64,000 nt of DNA from Candidatus Marinacidobacterales bacterium (GTDB taxonomy: Bacteria; Acidobacteriota; Vicinamibacteria; Marinacidobacterales; DATDRI01), in the NCBI GenBank assembly GCA_965226495.1, contig OZ245365.1, positions 2,336,001 through 2,400,000 of the forward strand, in the 5' to 3' direction. The number at the start of each line of letters is the position of its first letter. Within the stretch, counting starts at the first letter, position 1. Made by a program: the position numbers and the translations under genes. A model generated the notes under the pieces. The model searched no databases. It had not been told where the DNA came from and was given only the letters and a program-made list of their open reading frames with translations. Below, piece after piece: positions 46,928 through 56,229 of this stretch.

Positions 46928-46983
46928 GTGAGCCGATCCGGCGCGCGAATACGAATTAGTTAGATAGAGGAGCCGACGCTCGG
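46928..46983 (+). promoter_or_regulatory. 56-bp motif copy 3
   Basis: 5 mismatches to each of the other copies; upstream of 47106. Confidence 0.75.
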
Positions 46984-47008
46984 CGGAAAGCGACGCTATG
47001 GAAGTATC

Positions 47009-47037
47009 TTGACATGTGGAAAGCGCGCCAATACACT
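47009..47037 (+). promoter_or_regulatory. sigma70-type promoter
   Basis: TTGACA, 17 bp, TACACT. Confidence 0.6.
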
Positions 47038-47105
47038 CCGCCGCAGCAGGTCGCCCAACCGGCCGCCACCACGTCTAGCCAGAAGCCTGAAAATTTAGGT
47101 TTCCC

Positions 47106-49283
47106 ATGAGGAGAAAAACTCCTTCGCCCGGGCTTACCAGGCCGCTGGGCGTTCTTCTGTTTCCTTCGCTCATTTTTTCGCTAGCTCCTGCGACAAGCTG
47201 GGCCCAAGCTCCGGATCCCGACCTGAACAACGACGGCACGGTCAATATCCTCGATGTTTCCCTGGTCAGTAGCTGTTTCGGTCAACAGCCACCGCTTCCT
47301 CCTCAACTCTCCATTGTCGATCCAACGGACGGGAGCGTTGTCAATGTGGTGACGGTGGATGTCTCGGGGACCGTCGCCCCAGAGAACGTTGCGGTTGACG
47401 TGAATGGCGTTGAGGCCTCTTTGGACCAGGGCACGTTCTCCGCCATCGGGATTGCCCTTCAGGAAGGGCCGAACACGGTAATCGCTACCGCCACCACGGA
47501 GTCCAACGCGTGCATTCCCGCCGACACGAATGTGGACGGCGCGGTGGACATGACGGACCTTAACTTCGTCACGGGGAGTTTCGGCCAAGGCGGTTTTCCT
47601 GTCGGGCCTCCACCCGCGGCCACACGGACGGAAACGGCACGCATCAACCTCATCGCAGATATACCGCTCACCATAACCATCACCGAGCCTGAGGAGGGTG
47701 CCGTCTTCGGCATGTCCCCTATCACGGTCCGGGGCACGGTCAGCGACTCGGATGCGCGGGTCATTGTTGAGGACATCATCGCCACCGTCTCGGGTACGAG
47801 TTTCGAGGTAGTCGAAGTCCCCCTAACGGAGGGGCCGGAGACTCTGACGGCTCGAGCCCTCAACGGCGCCCGTGAAGAGGCCGTCGCGACGCGCCACGTA
47901 TTTCTCGATACGAGGCCTCCGACCCTCAGCATCCTCTCCCCCGGCGACCGTTCCGTCTTCATCGAACCTACGGTGACGGTGTCGGGGTTCGTGAACGACG
48001 CGACCGCTCTCACGGCGAGTATTAATGATGACCCCGTGACGGTTGAAGAGAGTCGACTCGATGGGACAGTGATCCTCGATCCTGGGGAAAATCTCCTTAT
48101 GGTCACCGTCGAAGATGCCGCGGGGAATAGCACGAGTCGCCGACTCACGCTTTACCTCGACACGGTGCCGCTCGCCATCACCGCGGTCGAGCCGCCGGAC
48201 GGAGAAGACCAGGTCGACCCTGCAAGTGGCGTCACCGTCACTTTCTCCGAAGCCGTCAATCCGGGAACGTTCGGCGCCACTTCCTTCTTCCTTCAAGCCG
48301 GTTCCCGTGTCCTGGCGGCCGACGTTCTGGTTTCCCCGGACGGGCTCACGGGTAGTCTGATCCCTTCAGCGGTCTTTCCTTCCGGGACGATGATCGAAGT
48401 GAGAGTCACCACGGCCGTGACCGACGTCGCCGGCAACCCCCTCCCTACGCCCTTCACCAGTCGTTTCATCACCTCGGGCGATGTGGCCGAGGCGGGCGTG
48501 GTCATCGGGGAAGTCTATGACGACACGCTGGGGCTGCCCCTCAAGGGCGCATTCGTCGAAGCGCTGACGACGGATACCGGCATCAGCGTCGACCAAGCGC
48601 AGACCGACGAACGGGGCCGCTATTTCCTCTCTCCCGGACGGAGCGACGTTTCGATTCGGGCCTCGAAGCCCGGATTCACGGTCGTGGAGCGGGCGATACA
48701 GATCCGGGAGGCATCCTTTGCAGAGGCCTTGGATGCGAGGCTGACTCCGTTGGGCAGGCCTCAGAATGTCGAAGCGGTGCTCGGCGCCGAAGTGGGAACC
48801 CCCGAAGGGGACTCGCTTCAAATCCCCGCCGGAGCCATCGATTCGGATGGAGAGGTGACTCTGACTTCGGTAAGCCAGCAAGGGCCCCGCGCGGCGTTCC
48901 CCCCAGGCTGGACCCCCCTCGCCATCGTCGATATCGCGTCACCGGAACCCTTTACCCCACCGGCCACGGTAGCGGTGATCGACCGTGCCGGCGCTCTCCC
49001 GGGATCGGAAGCCATCTTTGCGCAATTCGATGAAGCTTCCGCCACCTGGGTTGCCAAGGCCCATGCGATCCTGCCCGTGGAAGGAGCCACCGAGCTCGAT
49101 GACGTCTCGGGACCGGGCCAGTACGCGCTCGTCGTTCCCGATACAGGAGACGGCGCACCGATCGAAGCGGTACTAGGTGAAGCCCCTCGGCTCCGGCAGC
49201 TTGGTTCCCATCCCGGAAGGCTCGGAGGCATTCGGCACGGTGACAAGATCCCGAAATATCTACAAGTTCTTGAGACATTATGA
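47106..49283 (+). pseudogene. large surface protein (dockerin-like repeats, Ig-like domains, carboxypeptidase-regulatory-like), 3'-truncated
   Basis: DLNNDGTVNILD and DTNVDGAVDMTD; several DT.PP Ig units; TFSEAVNP; QTDERGRY; ends by reading into an IS fragment on the opposite strand. Confidence 0.75.
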
Positions 49284-49420
49284 GTTGTTTCGGCTGCGTG
49301 ACGAATGATCTTCATTCGCCAATTCACTAGCCGCTGTCGTTCCGTCTTCTTCATGTTGCACTACCTCCCTGCAGCACTTAAAAGAAGACTAGTGTGTCAC
49401 CTCTGTCCTGGGGTTTTACA
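49245..49420 (-). mobile_element. IS481-family left-end remnant
   Basis: Terminal TGTAAAACCCCAGGACAGAGGTGACAC at 49420, GGAGG RBS, then MKKTERQRLVNWRMKIIRHAAETTHNVSRTCRYFGI (HTH start), then broken. Confidence 0.8.
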
Positions 49421-49461
49421 GTGATCTTTTTTTGGTCGTCCGTACAGTCCAGATACGCAGT

Positions 49462-52400
49462 TCAGCTAGCGTCGACCGAGACTTGGCCAGACTCAACAGG
49501 AAGTTTTATCAGTACGCGAGTACCCTTGCCGACTTCACTCTCCACCGAAATGTCTCCTCCGTGCTCTTCCACCGCTTTGTGCACGATGGCGAGCCCGAGT
49601 CCGGTCCCTGCGGCGCGAGTCGAAAAGTAAGGCTCGAAAATACGGGCGAGAGTCTCGGCATCGATCCCTACGCCGGTGTCGGAAATTTCCATCTCCACCC
49701 AATCGTGTCCATCCGAATGGCTGGGGCGCAGCGTGACGAGAACACGCCCGTCGCCGTTCTTTGAGCTGAGGGCGTTCAGAGAGTTCTCTACCAGGTTAAT
49801 GATCGCGCGCTGGATGATGCGGCGATCTAATGTAATCGTCGGAAGGGAAGGGGACGACTCAATCTCGATACTCACTCCCGGGGGAGGGGCCTGCCGGTAA
49901 GGCTCGAGTGTCTCTTTGAGCAATTGCTCGAGGTCCGTGGGCTCGGGGCTGAGCGGAAATGGGGACGCGAAGGAAGAAAACTCCATCGAGATCCTGCGGA
50001 GGTTTTGTATTTGCTGGAGGATTGTATCGGAACAGCCCTTCAGCACTTCATCGAAATCGACATTCGGATCCTGGTAGACGCGCAGAAGGTGCTCGGTGGA
50101 GAGCTGAATCGGGGTCAGGGGATTCTTGATCTCGTGCGCGACTTGACGGGCCATCTCGGCCCAAGCTTCCAGTTTCTTGCTTCGCTCCAGATGTTCGCGC
50201 TGGCGTTTCAAATCGGTCGTCATTTGGTTGAAGCTTCGGAAGAGGGCACCGATTTCATCCCGGGAGGAGGTATCGAGACTCACGTCGAAGTCGCCTTGGG
50301 CGACGGCATGGGTGGTGGCGGTTAAGGTGTTGATGGGACCGGCGATCCTGCGTGCCAACAAGTAAGCCAACGTCGCCGCAATCAAGAAGAAACAGAGGGC
50401 GGCCAACAACACCATCTGATTAAGCTCGGCCACCCGTTCGTCGATCTCGCGTTGCCGGCTGGCCAAGGGAAGGGAGAGGATTCCCGGTTCCCGCCAACGT
50501 TCGAGCGCGATCGGAACCGACACCACGAGGTACTGGAACGCACCCACTGACTCGCGGTGGATGGAGTGACTAGCTCGCCGTATGACGACCTCCCGATAGA
50601 CCGCGGGGACGGCGCGGGTGGGGAGCAGTCCGCTGTCGAAAAGCTCTCGCTCGCTGGTGGCTACCAGCTCGCCGCGGCTATAGAGATCGACGTCGGCCTT
50701 GACCAGGCTGCTGACCCATTCCAAAAGAGGGTCGCTCACGGCGGCGACGCCTCTTTCGCTGGCGTCGATTCGGTCCAGCAATAGGTAGTCACGGACAAAG
50801 CGACTGACGACTCTCGCCCGTGCGATGCCTTCTTGTTCTACGTCTTGTTGGAGCTGCTGCACCATGATCCCGCGCACGAGAAAGGCAAGAGACGCAATGG
50901 GGATGAGCGCTAGGAGAACGAAGGCGACGAAGAGCTTGCCGTAGAAACTGGTCCCAACGTCGGCCCAGAAGTCACTCGGTCGGAGGGTTTTCGGACCCCC
51001 CAAGAGTCCGATCCACATCGGAATCGATAAACAAAATAGGGCGATAAGCGCGACGAGAATCGCCCAGCTAGCAACATCGGCCCCGTACCCAAGAAACGCT
51101 TTCGCGGGAAAGGCCAGGGCATAGACGTACTGAGGATCGGAAAAAATGAGGGTGTGATAACGATTGCCCTCTAGATACTTGTCGGTCCAGCGGGGCTCGG
51201 ATTCTACCGAGTCCTTCGCTCCCCAGCCCATTACGTCGAGCGAAAGCGCTGGGTCCGGTGGAAAGATCGGGCTGCCGTCCTGATCGAGCACATAGAGCGC
51301 GAGCTCTCGATGCGGGAATGGCAAGGGGGCATCGGCGGTGGGAGAACGAAACAAATCGATGTACGGATTCGGAGTATCGATGAATGCCAAGTTGCTCCAG
51401 TCCGCTACCAACCTGATCTGAAAGTCCCATTGGCTCCCGTCCTCGGCAGGGAAGCCACGGCGGGCGTGAAAGACTCGTGGGCGGTTAGGCTCACCCGGGT
51501 AGGTCTCCTCGTCGATAACCCACTCTTGCGGAGTTGGGCCTTCCGGTTGGTGCCACCCGAGCTCGGTGTCTGGAAAGTTCAGCGCGAATCGGGAAACGAG
51601 AGTTCCCTCCTCGTCGAATACCTCGACCGCCGAGCTCAAAGCGAAGACCGAGAGATCCGACCCGGACCACACGCGATAGGCGATCTGATTGCGGTCGGGC
51701 GAGGCGAGTTGGCCGGCCACGTGCATGCGCTCAATCGCCCTGAGGGTCTCGCGCATGACGTAGAGTTGGGAGTCACCATGGTGAAGTACGAGCGGAGCAA
51801 CCGTTCCCTGAATGAACTCCCGGGCGATGCGGTTCTCGTAGTAGGCGATCGCGGGGTAGAACGCAAGAACAGGAACGAATAAGGCCAGAAAGAGAGTGGC
51901 GAACCGGGAATAGACACCGCCCTGTTGTAGCTTGCCGACGAACCACGTCCGAGCGAAGGCCAGGAATTCGAAGGCTAACAAGAGTGGCAACGCGAGAGCG
52001 AGCGTCGCCGAATCGGAACCGCGCGAGAAGATGGAATAGGCGAAGGCGAAAACCAAAACATCCAACGCCCAATACCGGGCGAGCCTATGGAGCGAACGGC
52101 TGCTGCTCCCCTCGCTCGTCTTTTCAACGAGCGCTATGAGTAAGACGATGAGGATCCCGGCAGTGAACAAAAACATGAGCAACGCCAGTTGTACTGCCAG
52201 GCGAGGGAGAGCCGGTGGAATGAGGCCGGGCGAGGCCAAGGGCAAGTTGGAATTGCTCCACGTGTTGGAAAGGATTCCCAAAGTCAGGAGCAGTAGAGCG
52301 AGCGCGCCGACGCGAGTGGACACGTGTGCCAGGAAGGCACCTAGCCATCCTTGGAGGCCTTGCAGGCCTTGCAGGCCTCGCAGACTCCGGACGGGTTCGC

Positions 52401-53703
52401 CCCGCTTCTTCAGAAGGGGGAAACAAAGCGTTGCCGTGGACAAAAGGATGAACAGGCCGCTGACAAAAAAATCTATGGGTGAGCCGAAAAAATCGTAGAA
52501 AAGGTCGGACGCATAGTGCGCAGGATTGTCGAGTGCGGTGCCGAAACCCAATGGCAGCCTGGCCGACAAGAGGATCAAGCGCAGGCCCCACAAACTGCCC
52601 ACGAAGAGAAAAGCGTTCAGGAGATCGGACTGGCGCCAAAATTTGATGCCTAACCAAATGACAGTGAAGAGCGCCGCCAGGCTCAGGGTGAGGCCCGCTA
52701 CATGTTGAGTCGCGCGCCTGCGTTCGAGGAGCGCCGCAGCAGGAGCTTCGGCCGCCAACGAGACGACCCCTAGCAACTCACCCGAAGGCGGACGCAGCGG
52801 GAAATAAAACACCGGAGCTGAGTCTGTTCCTCCCCAGTAGCGGTCCTCGCTTCTATCGAAGAACAGCGCGAGCTCGGGTGTCGCTTCGCGAACGTCGACG
52901 TAATCCGTCGACACGCTCTTTTGGGACCAACTGCTAACTACATCGAAGTCGCGAAGGTAGCGATTGTCGATACGGCGCCGGGCGTCAAGGGGGATCTCGA
53001 TGCTCAGTCTTCCACCTCCACTCACGAGCGGTTCGATCACGATCAAGTGAGTGAAGACACCTTGCTCGAAAATGAAGATCTGACTGGTCGCTGCCCCATC
53101 GAGAGTTTCGAAGTAGGGCGCAAGGTCGACGGTCTTACCGGTCCACGCAAGGGGGTCGAGGTATTGGTCGTACAGGACCGCACCGGGAACGGTCTCGATG
53201 TTCTCTGCCAGTGGCCGGGGGAGTCGGGCGTTCTCCAGTTTTTGAAAGGCCGCCGCGACGAGTTCGCGAGACTCCGGCTCGGCAACTGCCTCGAGGAGCG
53301 TTGGCTCGGCGGCGAGCCTTTTTGCGATGAGGCTTGCGCGGTGACTCAGATCGGCGAAATGTTCCGTCACTCGCGTCGCCAGTGATTCGCCGTACTGTTG
53401 GTTGAGCTCCCTCCACTCTTCGGGCGAGCGTCGAGCGACCGTTTCGTAGCCACCGAAGCGGATGGCGAGTGCTAGTAGGACGCTGGCGAAGAGCACAAAC
53501 GGAACGGGTTGGTGAGCGAAATCGACCGAGCGGGCCAGAGCGGCCAACGAGACAATGGAAAGACCTCCGACGATCGCGGCGCCCTGAAGCGAAAGCAGTG
53601 TGTGGCCGGAAGCCAAGTCCGCCAGTGTAATCAGGAAGACGAGGAAGGCGATGGCGAGGAAGACGCGGGCGGTATTGGACGTTGGTTTCGCTCCGTTATT
53701 CAT
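49462..53703 (-). CDS. very large multi-TM HAMP sensor histidine kinase (NtrY-like core)
   Basis: HAMP DEIGALFRSFNQM; H-box ARQVAHEIKNPLTPI; NLVENS, DTGVGI, FEPYFST, GTGLGL. Confidence 0.93.
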   Translation of the reverse strand: MNNGAKPTSNTARVFLAIAFLVFLITLADLASGHTLLSLQGAAIVGGLSIVSLAALARSVDFAHQPVPFVLFASVLLALAIRFGGYETVARRSPEEWRELNQQYGESLATRVTEHFADLSHRASLIAKRLAAEPTLLEAVAEPESRELVAAAFQKLENARLPRPLAENIETVPGAVLYDQYLDPLAWTGKTVDLAPYFETLDGAATSQIFIFEQGVFTHLIVIEPLVSGGGRLSIEIPLDARRRIDNRYLRDFDVVSSWSQKSVSTDYVDVREATPELALFFDRSEDRYWGGTDSAPVFYFPLRPPSGELLGVVSLAAEAPAAALLERRRATQHVAGLTLSLAALFTVIWLGIKFWRQSDLLNAFLFVGSLWGLRLILLSARLPLGFGTALDNPAHYASDLFYDFFGSPIDFFVSGLFILLSTATLCFPLLKKRGEPVRSLRGLQGLQGLQGWLGAFLAHVSTRVGALALLLLTLGILSNTWSNSNLPLASPGLIPPALPRLAVQLALLMFLFTAGILIVLLIALVEKTSEGSSSRSLHRLARYWALDVLVFAFAYSIFSRGSDSATLALALPLLLAFEFLAFARTWFVGKLQQGGVYSRFATLFLALFVPVLAFYPAIAYYENRIAREFIQGTVAPLVLHHGDSQLYVMRETLRAIERMHVAGQLASPDRNQIAYRVWSGSDLSVFALSSAVEVFDEEGTLVSRFALNFPDTELGWHQPEGPTPQEWVIDEETYPGEPNRPRVFHARRGFPAEDGSQWDFQIRLVADWSNLAFIDTPNPYIDLFRSPTADAPLPFPHRELALYVLDQDGSPIFPPDPALSLDVMGWGAKDSVESEPRWTDKYLEGNRYHTLIFSDPQYVYALAFPAKAFLGYGADVASWAILVALIALFCLSIPMWIGLLGGPKTLRPSDFWADVGTSFYGKLFVAFVLLALIPIASLAFLVRGIMVQQLQQDVEQEGIARARVVSRFVRDYLLLDRIDASERGVAAVSDPLLEWVSSLVKADVDLYSRGELVATSERELFDSGLLPTRAVPAVYREVVIRRASHSIHRESVGAFQYLVVSVPIALERWREPGILSLPLASRQREIDERVAELNQMVLLAALCFFLIAATLAYLLARRIAGPINTLTATTHAVAQGDFDVSLDTSSRDEIGALFRSFNQMTTDLKRQREHLERSKKLEAWAEMARQVAHEIKNPLTPIQLSTEHLLRVYQDPNVDFDEVLKGCSDTILQQIQNLRRISMEFSSFASPFPLSPEPTDLEQLLKETLEPYRQAPPPGVSIEIESSPSLPTITLDRRIIQRAIINLVENSLNALSSKNGDGRVLVTLRPSHSDGHDWVEMEISDTGVGIDAETLARIFEPYFSTRAAGTGLGLAIVHKAVEEHGGDISVESEVGKGTRVLIKLPVESGQVSVDAS

Positions 53704-53858
53704 TCCCTCTCCCGCTAGGAGGGTTCGGCGCTAAAAAGTGTCCTGTCCTTCTGGACGCCAAAACAGCAAGTTGCCAACATCAAACTAGCCAGGCGTCGGG
53801 CGCGAGTTCTTTAAAAGACGGGGCGCCGGAGCCAGGGAGCCCGGGCCAACATGTCAGG

Positions 53859-54383
53859 TTACTTAGAGACAGACTTGAGCTCGAAGATCCGCCAGTCGCC
53901 TTTTTCTTTCTCGAAGGAAAAGTGCAAATGCTCGGTCACTACCGTATCCGAGCCCAACACCATATAGGTCCACTCGGAGCGGAAGAAGGCCCTTCCGTCT
54001 TTGGAGATGGTGATGTCGCTTGGCGAGTACTCGAAAGTGCGAGTCTGCAGATCCTCGAAAAGATTGTCGAAAATGAAGTGCAGCTGGCTGCGGGTGTAAT
54101 ACCCGGCCTCGGTCTTCTTTGACCTCAGGGAGATGAACACCTTCTTGCCGCTGAAACACTCTTCCAGGCGTTCGGTCTCTCGTTCCATGAAAGAAAGCTG
54201 CACCTGGTGGATTCTTTGCTGGAGTCCTTCATCTCGATCCCGGTCGGAATCCGATACCAGACGCTTTACGGAATAGTACTGGCGAGGGGCCTCTTGGGCA
54301 GCCACTGATCCAGTTGAAGGGGCACCTAGCGTGAAAACCATGACCAGCAGCACCGAGAGGGCTACACGTTGAAAGTATCGCAT
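53859..54383 (-). CDS. exported NTF2-like (DUF4783-like) protein
   Basis: Signal peptide; 'GYYTRSQLHFIF', C-terminal 'FEKEKGDWRIFEL'; start uncertain (54383 or 54425). Confidence 0.65.
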   Translation of the reverse strand: MRYFQRVALSVLLVMVFTLGAPSTGSVAAQEAPRQYYSVKRLVSDSDRDRDEGLQQRIHQVQLSFMERETERLEECFSGKKVFISLRSKKTEAGYYTRSQLHFIFDNLFEDLQTRTFEYSPSDITISKDGRAFFRSEWTYMVLGSDTVVTEHLHFSFEKEKGDWRIFELKSVSK

Positions 54384-54450
54384 CTTGTAGAAACCCAACC
54401 CCCATTTTAACTTTCCCCTGCTCATGCTGTCAAAGCTTCCTGATGAACCA

Positions 54451-54596
54451 CCCTCACCCCGGCCCTCTCCCTGAGGGAGAGGGGGTAAAGGAAAACGACC
54501 TCAATTACCACCCTCACCCGGCGTCTGACTACGTTCATTCCTAGCTACACCCTGTCTTGACGCCCCCGCCCCTGAGGGAGAGGGAGTAAAGGAAGG
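54451..54596 (+). repeat. two tandem CCCTCACCC...GGGAGAGGG..TAAAGGAA palindromic repeats
   Basis: 54451-54493 intact; 54511-54596 has an internal insert flanked by GGCGTC/GACGCC. Confidence 0.75.
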
Positions 54597-54694
54597 TAGG
54601 CATTGCAGGTTCCGTTCCAAGGTCCCAGCGATGTCTGGCGTGCGATTTCGGGTATTTAGGCCTGCGGAGAGTCTCTCTCTAGGACACTTCTGTC

Positions 54695-56137
54695 CTACGG
54701 CGGAGTGATCGGAACAGTGGGCGGGTTTTCGCTGGGCGGGCTGGGCGGGGTTTCGCTGGGCGGGGTTTCGCTGGGCGGGGTCTCGCTGGGCGGGGTCTCG
54801 CTGGGCGGGGTTTCGCCGGTTGGCGTCTCGCCTTCCAGCGCGCCTTCTTCGCCGGGCGTGATTTTGGGAGGGGGAGCCATGGTTTGTAGAAGGAGCAATT
54901 GACCGGAGCGTAACGGTAGGGCGAGGCCCCCAGGCGTCAGAGTAGGCGCCGGAAGTATCTCCGTCGGCGCCGTGTAAATGGGGGTGTCACTCGTTCCTCC
55001 GGAGCCGTACTCGGCCACTTGACCGTCGAAGGTCACCACGACGACGCGTCGCCGTGCTCGTTCGGGTGAGGCAGCGGGTCGGCCCGGTAGATTGGCTCTC
55101 CAAAGCTCGTGACCGTTCCCGGGACGGTAGCAAAAAAGAGTATTGGCAAATGTCGCGACGTAGACTCGATCCTCCTCGACCAGCGGTGACAACGGGATCG
55201 CCGCACCGGTTGGCCATCGGTAGTGGACTTTGCCGTTCCGGGCGGAAAGGGAATAGAAGACGCCCTTGGTGTCCCCGATGAAGATTCTTTCGTTCTTGGA
55301 ATCGAAAACGGCGGGTGCCGGGAAGGTTCCACGTCCCTGAAACTGCCATCGCATGAGGCCCGATTTCGAGTCCAGGGCGTGTAGAGCGCCCGCCTGATCG
55401 GAGACGACGAGTAAGTCGCCCCCGACGGCCATCGCCAGTGGCGTGTCTTGGACCGCGGCACGCCAAATTTCCTGCGTCTTGTCGATGTCATAGCCGATGA
55501 TCACTGCGTCGGGGGTGGCCAAGAAAACGACGTTTTCCTGCCAAGTGGGCGGGAGGGAAGGGGAGATACCCGTCGAGAGCTCCTTCGCTATCACTCCCGT
55601 GGCGGGATCAACCAGAAACAGGGTGCCCGAGCGGTCGACGATGAGAAGCGTCTCGGACATTAGAGAAGGCGGAAGGAGCCTGCTGCCGGGAAGGCCGAGC
55701 TTCCATAACAGCTCGCCCGTCTTGCTGTCGAGCCGCATCGCTGCCGCGGCTTCTGTGACAACGATGAGGGAGTCCTCGAAGAGGAGGGCGGGTCCCACAG
55801 GGAGAGCGCCCAGATCGACTTGCGCGAGACGCTGGAGAGGAAGCAAGCCGGGCTGCCTCGTGGGTCCTTTGTCTTCGTCGCCCTCCGCGTCGTTTGCCTC
55901 TTCCTTATGTTCGGACTCCGCCGCTGGAGTCTGTTTTGTCTCCGGGGCCTGTTCAGCCTGTTCAGCCTGTTCAGCCTGCCCAGCCTGTTGAGCCTGTTCA
56001 GATTGTCGGGGTTCTTGCTGTGATTGGGCAGGGGGGTGGCCGAAGGCCGACGCGCGCGCATTCAGTAAGAGGAGTGCCAGGACGATGGAATGCATCAGGT
56101 TCGACATCATAGGTGTCAACGGTGGGAAGTCAAGCAC
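54695..56137 (-). CDS. PQQ-type (BamB-like) beta-propeller protein with PPSET tail repeats
   Basis: Repeats LD.KTG.L.W; N-terminal signal peptide and QAE repeats; C-terminal 15-bp tandem repeats; start uncertain. Confidence 0.8.
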   Translation of the reverse strand: MLDFPPLTPMMSNLMHSIVLALLLLNARASAFGHPPAQSQQEPRQSEQAQQAGQAEQAEQAEQAPETKQTPAAESEHKEEANDAEGDEDKGPTRQPGLLPLQRLAQVDLGALPVGPALLFEDSLIVVTEAAAAMRLDSKTGELLWKLGLPGSRLLPPSLMSETLLIVDRSGTLFLVDPATGVIAKELSTGISPSLPPTWQENVVFLATPDAVIIGYDIDKTQEIWRAAVQDTPLAMAVGGDLLVVSDQAGALHALDSKSGLMRWQFQGRGTFPAPAVFDSKNERIFIGDTKGVFYSLSARNGKVHYRWPTGAAIPLSPLVEEDRVYVATFANTLFCYRPGNGHELWRANLPGRPAASPERARRRVVVVTFDGQVAEYGSGGTSDTPIYTAPTEILPAPTLTPGGLALPLRSGQLLLLQTMAPPPKITPGEEGALEGETPTGETPPSETPPSETPPSETPPSETPPSPPSENPPTVPITPP

Positions 56138-56180
56138 TCCACAAGATATTGTTGGGGTCGCCGTCTTCCATAACTAGTTC

Positions 56181-56209
56181 TTGTGATCCGGAGCCCACAT
56201 GCATATAAT
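56181..56209 (+). promoter_or_regulatory. sigma70 promoter of guaA
   Basis: TTGTGA, 17 bp, TATAAT. Confidence 0.6.
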
Positions 56210-56229
56210 GCCTGCCTTCAACAGAGTCT

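Noticed and set aside
39227-46983. 56-bp repeats as CRISPR repeats or integron attC sites
   Set aside because: Copies are 3.4-4.3 kb apart with no cas or integrase gene. GTTAGAT fits GTTRRRY in two copies only, with no matching RYYYAAC or attC-like palindrome.
48818-49244. 178-aa minus ORF as an intact transposase
   Set aside because: Only the first 36 aa are transposase-like; the rest is antisense read-through of the surface-protein gene with no DDE domain
54720-54815. 15-bp tandem repeats (also 9-bp repeats near 55950-56000)
   Set aside because: In-frame coding low-complexity repeats (PPSET, QAE), not an array with spacers
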